A DNA stretch of 32,000 nucleotides, taken from the sequence record MK605245.1; one strand, written 5' to 3'. Shown here one piece after another: positions 25,501-32,000 of the stretch. The DNA is from Nodularia phage vB_NspS-kac68v161. The translations under genes and the position numbers were made by a program. Within the stretch, counting starts at the first letter, position 1, and every line of letters starts with the position of its first letter. The notes beneath the pieces are model-generated. The model saw only the letters and a program-made list of their open reading frames with translations. It was not told the origin of the DNA and searched no databases.

Positions 25501-28500
25501 CGGAGGATAAGCAGAGAGCAATAAATGAGTATGGTAAACAGTTCAACACTGTAGCTGATAACGCGCTCAAGACTTCACAAGCACTTAAGAACCTCAACGA
25601 TACAGAAAAGATAACTGGTAAACTGACTGAGGAAGAGACTAAGAAACGCGATCAACTAAGGAAAGTTGCTGGTAATCAAGTTGAGTTGATCAAGGCTCAG
25701 GTAGCTGAACTTAAAAAATTCAACCAAGCCAACCCCAATGATCAGACTAAGGTTCAGATATCTTTAGCCGAGCGTTATATAAAAATGCTCGAAAATCAGT
25801 CAGGTGCTACCAAAACCGCAGCTAGAGATGTTGAGGACTTGGGCAACACTTATGAGCAAATGGGTAACTTAGCACGAGATGCTCAAGCCAAACTTAATTA
25901 CGACGGATTATCAAAAGCCCAGGCTGCAACCACGGCTGACTACCAAAAAGCGGCTGATGATCTACTTAAAATTACAACTAAAGCCTACGAATTGGGGCAG
26001 TTATCTGCTACAAACTCGGCTGAAATCGGCAAGCGATCATCGGAAATAGTGATCACCCGTCTAGAACAAATCCGAGATGATACAAAGCTGACATATGAGA
26101 CACAACTCGCAGCACAGCAAGAGATTACCAAAGTCAGACAGATTGAGGTTGATAAGCAGGTAGCTGGTGTTGAGATACAACAGTCTAAAATTCAGTCTTT
26201 AATATCAGGTGAAGTTGTTTCTCAGCAAGAAGGTCAACGTAGAATTTCGCTTGAGAAGGAGAAGCAGCTAAATATCCAAACCGAAGCATTACGGAAGCAA
26301 CTAACTGAGGAAATAGAATTGCGCCGTAGATTGGTAGAAGGTAACTCTCAGGAAACTAAAGAGAGTATTACACGTATTCAGTCTGAAATTGCAACCATAG
26401 AAGCCAAAGGGACTGACGATAAATTATCTGAGCAAGACAGGGCAAACAAACTGAGGTTACAGTCTGAACTTAACTATTTGCAAGAAGTAGCCAAGCAAAA
26501 GAGCTTAGTTGAGAATGTTGATAAAGAACTCATTGACAATGAGAAAAAACGTGCTGAAATCACCAAAAAAATACGGGATGATGAAGCCGCAGGTAAGAAA
26601 GCTAACCCGGATGACGTTTCTGAAGCTAGACGTTTACGGGCTGTAACCGATCAGTTAAATGCTAAAAAAGAATCAGCACAAGCCAGTCTGAAAGAGGAGA
26701 CAAAATCACAGACTGACATTAAAAATAATATCTCCAAAAACGAAGCGGCTATTGCATCCGAACAGAAAGCGAGGCTAGATGCTAGTAGACAAGAACGCTT
26801 AAAAGACTATGATGAGCAGTTGCAAGAAACTGACTCACTTTACAGTCGTTATCTAATTACTCAGGAAGAATTTAATTTAAAATCCCGTGATTTAGCCGTT
26901 GCCAAAGCTAAGGATGAACTTAATCAACTGAGTGAACTAGCTAAAACCACCACAGACAAGGAAGGACTAGAAGTGATTGGTGCTAAACAGTCTGTTCTGT
27001 TCAAGGAGATAGAAGACATTGAGGAGAAATATTTAGCTGACAGGGCAAAAAACAAGCAAACGTTCCTTGATGTCGAACTTAAACAACTAGAGGCGAACTA
27101 TGCTGAGGGTAATGTTTCTACAGCAGAGTATAATGATCAGTCTTTTGAGCTTGCCCGGGAAAGGACTACTAATGAAATAGCCGAGATTAATCGTATTCGG
27201 GCTTATACTAGGTCAGATGATGCAGTTAGGCTCGCTGAACTTGATGCAAGAGAAGCAGAGGTGCGATCACGGTTCCAGGCTAGTCAAGAAAAGCTTCGCC
27301 AAGAGCAAGTATCACAGCTAGAACTGGCTCAGAAGGAATCCTTGCAAGTAGTCAAAGAATCTGAGATCGAGCGCTTAACCACTATAAGTCAGTTGGAGTC
27401 AGACTTAGCCATTAAACGTGAGGAAGCTGACGTACTAAAAGGTGAGGCTGCAAGAGAGACGGCTGAGGCTGAAATCGAACTTGAGAAAGAGAAATTAGAC
27501 CAGCTTGAGGCGCTACAACCTCTAGATAATGAGCAGATGGAGCGTGAGCGTTTACTCAACCTCGCTGGATTACGTTTATCTATTGCACAGCGTACTAAGT
27601 CATTAATTGATGATGAGGTGCAGCAGCGTGAACGTTTATATAACGTCATTGCTGACAGGCTAAGTAAAGAACAGAAGCAACTTCAGAATATTGCTACTGA
27701 AAAACAGCAAGCAATTCAAAAGGAGACACAGTTACAAAGCTTCCTTAAAACCTCGCTAGACCAGCAAAACCAGTTACTCAACGCTAGAAAGGACTTAGTT
27801 AGTAGTACCCAAAACTTCCTTACTGGTCAATTAAGTATCTTAAGTCAGACTACTAAGAATAGCCGTGAACAAAAAGCCATAGCGGAGGCTGAGGCTCAAA
27901 TCAGATTAAACTCAGTTCAGTCCCAGTTTGAGACAGAAAGATTATTACTTGATCTTAAGATCCAGCAGCGCGATTTGGCTTTAGAACAGCAGAAGATACA
28001 ACTAGAATCTCAAGCCATAGCCGCTCAAGCTGAGGGGAAACAAGCTGAGATAGAGTTGAGAAAACTGGAGGCTAGAAGGAAGCAAGGGCTGAGGGTAAGC
28101 GACGATGAGTTTGAAATTGCGAGATTAAATATTGAAGGTAATCAAATAAAACAATCGGGTATTGCACAACAACAAGTCGGACTGGAAAGACAGGGGCAAA
28201 TTAACCAAGTTCTAGATCAACAAGAATTACTCAAGTTAAACCGTGAGGAGGTGCTGGCAAGTGACAAAGCTAGGTTAGATTTAGCTAATAACAGAGTTAG
28301 GCGATCTGATAGGCGGAGGGATATCCGTGAGTTGAGAGAGGATATTGGCGAAAGGTTGGATGTAGAGAACTTATCTGGTGAGGGTATCTCTAGAAAGAAA
28401 ATTGTGGCATTAGGGAGGAATTTTGACCCCGGCAGATTGCAGTTGCCGAGGCTACTAGATGGTAATGGGACTAATCAGCAAGATACCGGGAGGAGGCAAG

Positions 28501-29450
28501 AGGTCAACAGGAGCTTAAGCTCTTTCGATTTACAAGAAAATAAGCCTCTAGAAGCTACCAGAGTTGTGGAGGTTGTTGTAGAGAAGTTAAATGTAGTTAG
28601 TGATAAGTCTCTAGAGTCTTCTAACAGACTAGAAGAAGCTAGCGACAACATAAAACAAGTAATTGAATCTTCATCATCTCTAAGTAGTGAGCAGCCTAAA
28701 ATTAAATCGCAGTTAGTTAGTGAAGAAGATCCATTAGGTATTACACAGGCTCTGGGTAAGTTTGGTGACAGGGTAAAAAATTCCATAGAATCTATAGACT
28801 TAGGAGATGGACGTGGTGATATTGCTGAAATAAGTAGGGAAAGAGAATCACGGTTTATTACTTCTAGCGCTTACACAGAAGGTGACGAGAAGTTTAGAGA
28901 CAGGTTGCAAGCTATGGTTAACTCCGGTGGCTATAGTGGTGAATCTCTACAGGAGTTACAGGCAACTTTGGATGAGGTGAATAAAAACATACAAGGTGGT
29001 ATGCAAGGATCTAGTAAAGTAAAACCAAGGCTTAAACCAGTTATAACTAATACTTCTGACAGAACAATAGTTGACACTTCTGACAGAGGTAACAGTGACA
29101 TCCCACCTTCTCAAAGCAGTAGACCTAGAAAGAGAGGTATTAATCAACTTCAACCTGACTCTACAGATCCTACAGTTACCAGAAGGAACAAGCCTAGAGA
29201 AATCTTCAACCCCGACAAAATACAACCAGTACCCAAGGATAAAGTACCAACAATAATCACGCCTAGCCAACGTGGAGATAGAATTACAACAAGGAATCCC
29301 GATGGTAGTGCGACACCTGCAACAATAACCCAAACTTACAATGTGTATTTCAGCAAGGATGACGCAGCTAGTGGTAAAGCTGCTGAAAACTTTACACAAC
29401 AAGTTCGTAAGGAGTTGAAAGAAACTTTATTAATGGTAGGTAGAAAGTAG
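19518..29450 (+). CDS. Tail tape measure protein, 3310 aa
   Basis: Extreme length; SDTVPAMLTPGEFVVNAKDA tape-measure motif; hydrophobic core about 24.9-25.5 kb; long charged coiled-coil C-terminal half. Confidence 0.9.
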   Translation: MTISTIDNALRIISNKTAAAALEVNKAFNQFPENLQLSLDYSNNSDTESAETLEQSAGTQQPIENSLLTSNPLAQIDSTETLQPDQIQSETVISPETHLLKDANKVLVDYSRSSDNAKPDKPEQLVQSKQGEAVNVSLFSQPEQYELAAEKLQPTANPLQVDITVNPIKSEQKLDSVALSNGSFTVEQLRNSNPTERSLENKENSPKVDQNLYQTASNPSDDEALTLPENLDVIITNGADLDTKSDDVIKADNQKGYTPNISQPGDSALPIVTSTNSVTVNQDAIDITTVGKAGGLEPHQLTANTFTDSLLLSEPADLSSSTIIAATDKVPNQNIALTATNPANEQAETISVLGDATKVNPANLSENVAQITTIDNSGNISNQITNQAASDRTTKNDASDISTIGIDVDETVKSNLNGTDIISLTPNSRGGGVTGGDQPISEVQSGTLIKSDNSEESVEKVQGVSTPGALAANLDVTQENLNLSQDLNKQVDTTSSREKSTNLDVGLVTSASPQLVTSADVTQLVATTQEATDKGGAQPDQLNYYWTTTNVDVKQQGSQPSPIRSSPLPTDSSSLSPNPYLAPGFAIDGIDYTTTTDQLGAVEQPDQTYVGSPTIYNQTERAINEDSTALNNREISTYEDNKSVERQKLDTGLGAESFSAENSSNTQSFTDDAVLVRGTVIIPGSDLNAAANTYFGASQTSESTSQSLTTDATIKQSKTADDLTPASNLGSFNTAAGDSTEGLVNTLLTTSQSENYTTSQKLTSDSGISSSSDDQMLTSTDTNSSSTVSTSLATSQIVTDGAGTDYFPNLSPSDQAGVSNVEQVNLSQIVAEVASVSLPNTTPNIGESNSPDYKTTLPGLTKISNQFGQEVYNTTPLFSDLSTSDFLQTRGYAFGGKVLPPISNSGSKPVAPSDTVPAMLTPGEFVVNAKDAQKNLPLLQLLNEGKSVEEVVGAEERTKVSQSKPDTSRVLKPTDSAFSAESVKVPVMLTPGEFVINSEATQENLNLLQNLNKGSDVTNNSEQLTNLEVGKAIAPPQPTVSRETVQQPTTGEKTLQLDSAKTKETVSTSKPQENQPKSVDIATLPVDNAALNSDPNQVQGYASGGLVTPSSGGTGSPPPPPPPTTGGTPSQPGGFDPQQILRLAQFTKQAYAEAEALTRALGVQANTVQKALIAMKALTAAGADYTTQVDFLRKALGITQSQFDTLTAKQEEYAEAQKQVELNSPQRASKVASLAKSTGQTFQEADDLSVDLQLPPEVIEKAVQSVDKLKKSGADVNEQFQLLNDTLGINLSQFEEIDRVQTEAEFRRIQSAEAIKRAKEAALAIAKEEQELARRPAQTLKLAQATKQPFQEAERFSQSVGLNPATILEALNAIKQLQQAGASLIEQQSFLNTTLGITDTQFQELIATQGSYTEDQRALAEQTASDAQAIAQQQQAEKERINAAKAAQQKNSATISLASSTGLTFDEAAQKSQSIGLDPAAIQQGLAVIDQLNAVNADAATQYQVLSSSIDLTEDQFAELQQLQQELASQSSGDGGGFLGSLRDNAKGVFDGVSKIGFAFQGVQAIVATFRAQLSGAYDKLVQQNVTLQEQLLGTQASLAATNKVIANGLEIKDPTKAIQALEKPLADAIARLRESSLDLVGVTSADLIPIFQFIAQESANIGASLSDSSDLTVSFAAAMGTLKIPLFQAQQEILSILQGQISMDSQLAKNIGLNNEMVNKWKAQGVLVERLNERLAAFASGNKLAAQTIDGIGSNIQEILDEVTRLAGEPLLDPIVKQLGLLYDFLKDNKEELAAVISDAINFFLTVGDSLALVIEGLKPVFESLASIGLDTFSAAGQLAASVINSLIAVLVAMTPVLASLLGIILPVIEALAEFAATDVGQILLQVVLSVTLLSNSLVVLKVTLVAANVVLTLFTTALAASGGGLVGFLVALTKVYPGLVLFTAMVAKAGGGIVGFTAALGASLLPIVVAAAPFVGLAIAVGSVLALISAGMAEDKQRAINEYGKQFNTVADNALKTSQALKNLNDTEKITGKLTEEETKKRDQLRKVAGNQVELIKAQVAELKKFNQANPNDQTKVQISLAERYIKMLENQSGATKTAARDVEDLGNTYEQMGNLARDAQAKLNYDGLSKAQAATTADYQKAADDLLKITTKAYELGQLSATNSAEIGKRSSEIVITRLEQIRDDTKLTYETQLAAQQEITKVRQIEVDKQVAGVEIQQSKIQSLISGEVVSQQEGQRRISLEKEKQLNIQTEALRKQLTEEIELRRRLVEGNSQETKESITRIQSEIATIEAKGTDDKLSEQDRANKLRLQSELNYLQEVAKQKSLVENVDKELIDNEKKRAEITKKIRDDEAAGKKANPDDVSEARRLRAVTDQLNAKKESAQASLKEETKSQTDIKNNISKNEAAIASEQKARLDASRQERLKDYDEQLQETDSLYSRYLITQEEFNLKSRDLAVAKAKDELNQLSELAKTTTDKEGLEVIGAKQSVLFKEIEDIEEKYLADRAKNKQTFLDVELKQLEANYAEGNVSTAEYNDQSFELARERTTNEIAEINRIRAYTRSDDAVRLAELDAREAEVRSRFQASQEKLRQEQVSQLELAQKESLQVVKESEIERLTTISQLESDLAIKREEADVLKGEAARETAEAEIELEKEKLDQLEALQPLDNEQMERERLLNLAGLRLSIAQRTKSLIDDEVQQRERLYNVIADRLSKEQKQLQNIATEKQQAIQKETQLQSFLKTSLDQQNQLLNARKDLVSSTQNFLTGQLSILSQTTKNSREQKAIAEAEAQIRLNSVQSQFETERLLLDLKIQQRDLALEQQKIQLESQAIAAQAEGKQAEIELRKLEARRKQGLRVSDDEFEIARLNIEGNQIKQSGIAQQQVGLERQGQINQVLDQQELLKLNREEVLASDKARLDLANNRVRRSDRRRDIRELREDIGERLDVENLSGEGISRKKIVALGRNFDPGRLQLPRLLDGNGTNQQDTGRRQEVNRSLSSFDLQENKPLEATRVVEVVVEKLNVVSDKSLESSNRLEEASDNIKQVIESSSSLSSEQPKIKSQLVSEEDPLGITQALGKFGDRVKNSIESIDLGDGRGDIAEISRERESRFITSSAYTEGDEKFRDRLQAMVNSGGYSGESLQELQATLDEVNKNIQGGMQGSSKVKPRLKPVITNTSDRTIVDTSDRGNSDIPPSQSSRPRKRGINQLQPDSTDPTVTRRNKPREIFNPDKIQPVPKDKVPTIITPSQRGDRITTRNPDGSATPATITQTYNVYFSKDDAASGKAAENFTQQVRKELKETLLMVGRK
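22920..24110 (+). repeat. Four diverged tandem protein repeats (about 80 aa units) inside the tape measure gene
   Basis: Units start near 22921, 23187, 23520 and 23868. Shared pattern: LA..TKQ.F.EAE..S...GL.P..I..AL..I..L..AGA....Q...L...LGI...QF.EL...Q. Confidence 0.75.
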
Positions 29451-29459
29451 TTTTAAAGC

Positions 29460-29494
29460 TAATCTCGGTTATTATTAGTTAATAACCGAGATTA
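29460..29494. terminator. Terminator hairpin after the tape measure gene
   Basis: AATCTCGGTTATTA/TAATAACCGAGATT, 14-bp perfect stem. Confidence 0.7.
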
Positions 29495-29500
29495 TAATTT

Positions 29501-29734
29501 ATGAAGCACCTTAACCCATCTCAAGACAGTATCATTCCTTATGGCTCTACCGGCAGTGATGAGATAGTAGAGATACAACAGCAACCCGTAGCGTCCGAGA
29601 TTAGATACTATAGTGACTTTCTAGACTCTATTTGTCCCACTCCTGAACAGTTGGCAGATTACCTCACAGAACCTAACGAGCCAACATTCTTGGATAGGCT
29701 GGCGAATGCTTTGCGGTTAAGGCAGCAAGGTTAG
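29501..29734 (+). CDS. Hypothetical protein, 77 aa, probable structural-region gene
   Basis: Co-directional ORF between the tape measure and next tail gene. Confidence 0.6.
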   Translation: MKHLNPSQDSIIPYGSTGSDEIVEIQQQPVASEIRYYSDFLDSICPTPEQLADYLTEPNEPTFLDRLANALRLRQQG

Positions 29735-29740
29735 AAACTT

Positions 29741-30331
29741 ATGACACTTTTAGCTGATATTCAAGCTGCACAGGTTTGCTGGCAGTTCCCGCTAACCAGA
29801 AAAAGAATATTAATCAGAACACCTATTTCACTTGTTTCTCAGTTCAATCCGCAGTTGAAGGATCTACATCTATTCGATCCTAACAACTATGATGTAGATG
29901 ACACCGACGCTTATGTTTACTTAGTCTTGATGCCCGGTTACAGCCCTTCCAATAACTTCCAAGCTGAACGTGGTTTTCAAACGCAATTCTCTAATAGGGC
30001 TGCTGTATATTCAACCCGTGAGCGTACCTTCGAGGCTACTGTAGCCCAACCGCAAGCATTTCTCTATTATATAGTGAACCGGCTAGTTGCTATAAGTGAA
30101 ACGAGTGCTTTAGCTACCCACGCACCAATTAAAATTATTGATACTTGCCTACCTGAAGGTGCTGGTCTTGCGTCCAGTGTCACGATTCAGGGCGGTGATT
30201 TGGGGACTATCAGATATGGGCGAATAGATATCACTAAGGAGCCTGCTGCTGGTTTGATTTCCTTTGAAGGGTCTGATTACTGTGTGGGTTCTTGGTCATT
30301 TAAGTTTACAGAACTTGCTTTGAGGGTTTAG
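29741..30331 (+). CDS. Probable tail-associated protein, 196 aa
   Basis: Position after the tape measure; beta-rich composition. No diagnostic motif. Confidence 0.6.
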   Translation: MTLLADIQAAQVCWQFPLTRKRILIRTPISLVSQFNPQLKDLHLFDPNNYDVDDTDAYVYLVLMPGYSPSNNFQAERGFQTQFSNRAAVYSTRERTFEATVAQPQAFLYYIVNRLVAISETSALATHAPIKIIDTCLPEGAGLASSVTIQGGDLGTIRYGRIDITKEPAAGLISFEGSDYCVGSWSFKFTELALRV

Positions 30332-30412
30332 ACATGGATGAATTAGAACCGATGTACGAGCTTCATTGGTTGTTTGTGTGCAGTGTTTTGGGTGTGTGAG
30401 GAGTGGTAGCTT

Positions 30413-31561
30413 TTAGCCGTGTACCTTAACTTCCTTTGGGAATATAAGATAAGTCATTTTCAACCCACTTAGAGGAGTTATGGCAACAGCAGTTCTTGAA
30501 TAGTTGTAATGTATCTGGGCTTCAGTAGAGTTCATAGCTTTCAGACCTTCTATGAGGTGATCCAGGTCAAAAGTTAAAGTAACATCAGTACCACTAACCT
30601 GAGACTGTACTCTCTCACCATAAACTCTGCCATACTGTGCTGAGTCTTTGATTTTCAAGTCTAGCTCTTGATAAGTGTAGACTGTTCGTAGTTCTACTAG
30701 CTTACTACCCTTACCTGAAGTTTGAGATTTTAGCAGGTTGAGTTTATCTAGGAGCGGCTTACGATCAACAGCTAAGAAAATCTCAGTTCGCTTGGGCAAT
30801 AATTTCCAGTATTGTGGGTATTCTTCTCTAATCGCACGACTGATGAGTTGGTTATCTCCCCAATCAAACGAGATGTTAAAACCATCGCACTTCACAATCA
30901 CATCAACACCAGAGTTGATAGCTTTATCAGCTAAAAGTTTTCTCAACTCTTCTAAGGCTGTGGCAGGTACTAAGGCTTTAAATGGCGTGTTAGTACCGTA
31001 AAGGTTAAGGAAGCTTACAACGGATAACCTAGCCCCATCTGTAGCAGCTAATTCTAAGCTTTCTTCGGAGATAGTCAGCATAACACCAAGTAAAACTGTT
31101 TTGGTTTTGTCCTTACTCGCTGCAAAGGTTGTACACTGTAAGCCTTCCAATAGCTGCTGCTTGCTAAAAATAGCTGTTGAAGTATCACCAGTTGGTAAGG
31201 GTATCTCTGGGAAATCTTCAGAAGTTAGGCAATCAGTAATGCTGTAGCTACCTGATTCAGACTTTAAGACAACGCCATCTGGTTCTACGCTTTCAACTGT
31301 TATATCGCCTTTTAGTAAGGTAACAGCATCTAGTAATGGCTTTGCAGGGATTGTTATAGATCCCCCACGTAGCGCTTCAACTTTTAACTTAGTCGTAATG
31401 CTGGTGCTAAGGTCAAAACCAACCAGTGTTATTTCATTTGTAGTCTCATCTGCTTTAATGAGTATATGAGATAGGACTGGGAAGTGTGATCGTTTGTCAG
31501 TAGCTCTTTTTGCTATGGTTACTGCTTTTTTGAGTTCGGACTGTGTACAAGTGAATTTCAT
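30413..31561 (-). CDS. dnaN: DNA polymerase III beta subunit (bacterial-type sliding clamp)
   Basis: MKFTCTQSELKKAVTIAKRATDKRSHFPVLSHILIKA; LVGFDLSTSI; KPLLDAVTLLKG; LAATDGARLSV; C-terminal LTYLIFPKEV. Confidence 0.9.
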   Translation of the reverse strand: MKFTCTQSELKKAVTIAKRATDKRSHFPVLSHILIKADETTNEITLVGFDLSTSITTKLKVEALRGGSITIPAKPLLDAVTLLKGDITVESVEPDGVVLKSESGSYSITDCLTSEDFPEIPLPTGDTSTAIFSKQQLLEGLQCTTFAASKDKTKTVLLGVMLTISEESLELAATDGARLSVVSFLNLYGTNTPFKALVPATALEELRKLLADKAINSGVDVIVKCDGFNISFDWGDNQLISRAIREEYPQYWKLLPKRTEIFLAVDRKPLLDKLNLLKSQTSGKGSKLVELRTVYTYQELDLKIKDSAQYGRVYGERVQSQVSGTDVTLTFDLDHLIEGLKAMNSTEAQIHYNYSRTAVAITPLSGLKMTYLIFPKEVKVHG

Positions 31562-31643
31562 GGCGTTAAGATTAGTAGTGAATCGTTTCTAATGTAGCTG
31601 CTGAGTGGTGGAATAATTCAGCAGCTTTTTTTAAGTATTGGTG

Positions 31644-31958
31644 TTAGTACCAACCAGGAGTTAGCTGTGATTCTGGGCAAGAAGCTTCACCAGGAACTGT
31701 GTCAAAAAGTGTTGGCACGTAACCATCAGGTCTGACCAGTTTGTAGAAGATTTTGTCATATGTGATCAGCTTAGATTCAACTACAAATTTATTACCTTTG
31801 TGTGTTACTTTATCTCCTGGTTGGTACAGAGCAGAATCAAAATACTCAGAAGCTAGTCTAAAGTGCCTTATTGTTACTTCCTGATCAAGCTTTTGTTTAC
31901 CTATCTTATAGTCGGACAAAATACGATCAAGTTCGGCTTGGTATTCTTCTTGTGTCAT
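31644..31958 (-). CDS. Hypothetical protein, 104 aa
   Basis: ORF upstream of dnaN on the same strand. Confidence 0.6.
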   Translation of the reverse strand: MTQEEYQAELDRILSDYKIGKQKLDQEVTIRHFRLASEYFDSALYQPGDKVTHKGNKFVVESKLITYDKIFYKLVRPDGYVPTLFDTVPGEASCPESQLTPGWY

Positions 31959-32000
31959 GGTGCTATTGTGGATATATAACTAATAAATTTGTGAGAGCTA

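Noticed and set aside
19500-29450. Multiple 60-148 aa minus-strand ORFs inside the tape measure gene
   Set aside because: Antisense to a continuous 3310-aa coding frame; Ser/Leu/Val-rich translations mirror its biased codons; no SD or motif support.
30334-30399. 21-aa ORF MDELEPMYELHWLFVCSVLGV after the tail gene
   Set aside because: Too short and without strong SD or motif support.
1000-31999. tRNA genes in intergenic regions
   Set aside because: Intergenic gaps were read for the T-loop GGTTCRA pattern and cloverleaf arms; none was convincing. A tRNAscan-SE run would be decisive.
1-32000. CRISPR array
   Set aside because: No regularly spaced near-identical direct repeats with unique spacers were seen; only short local duplications.

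Overview
This 32 kb window looks like part of the genome of a tailed phage or prophage of a filamentous (Nostoc/Anabaena-like) cyanobacterium. The evidence is a 3310-aa tape-measure-like protein, phage-style nucleotide metabolism genes, dense overlapping small ORFs, and at least nine HIP1 octamers (GCGATCGC). Supported genes: DNA adenine methylase, C5-cytosine methyltransferase, HD phosphohydrolase, a C39/papain-like 'NDC' protein, dUTPase, ThyX with an altered signature, dTMP kinase, and an AdoCbl-dependent class II ribonucleotide reductase interrupted by a 336-aa intein at its NP|CGE active-site motif. Also present are a bacterial-type sliding clamp and an apparently internally deleted serine recombinase. 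Two genes beside the reductase stand out. 16571..17266 keeps the R-x3-R-x2-E signature and N-terminal loop of PduO-type ATP:cob(I)alamin adenosyltransferases, so the phage may make the cofactor its own reductase needs. 17345..18304 matches the helical domain / alpha-glutamyl-putrescinyl-thymine pyrophosphorylase-like family associated with 5-hydroxymethyl-dU DNA hypermodification. Together with ThyX, dUTPase and Tmk this is the best candidate for an undescribed system: a B12-autonomous dNTP module possibly linked to thymine modification. Other observations: three copies of a conserved promoter-plus-leader element, a 12-bp hairpin 5 nt upstream of the reductase start, a matched pair of oppositely oriented terminator hairpins, a candidate structured RNA, and an unusual tape measure N-terminal region with four diverged tandem repeats. 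All calls come from reading the sequence; no searches were run.
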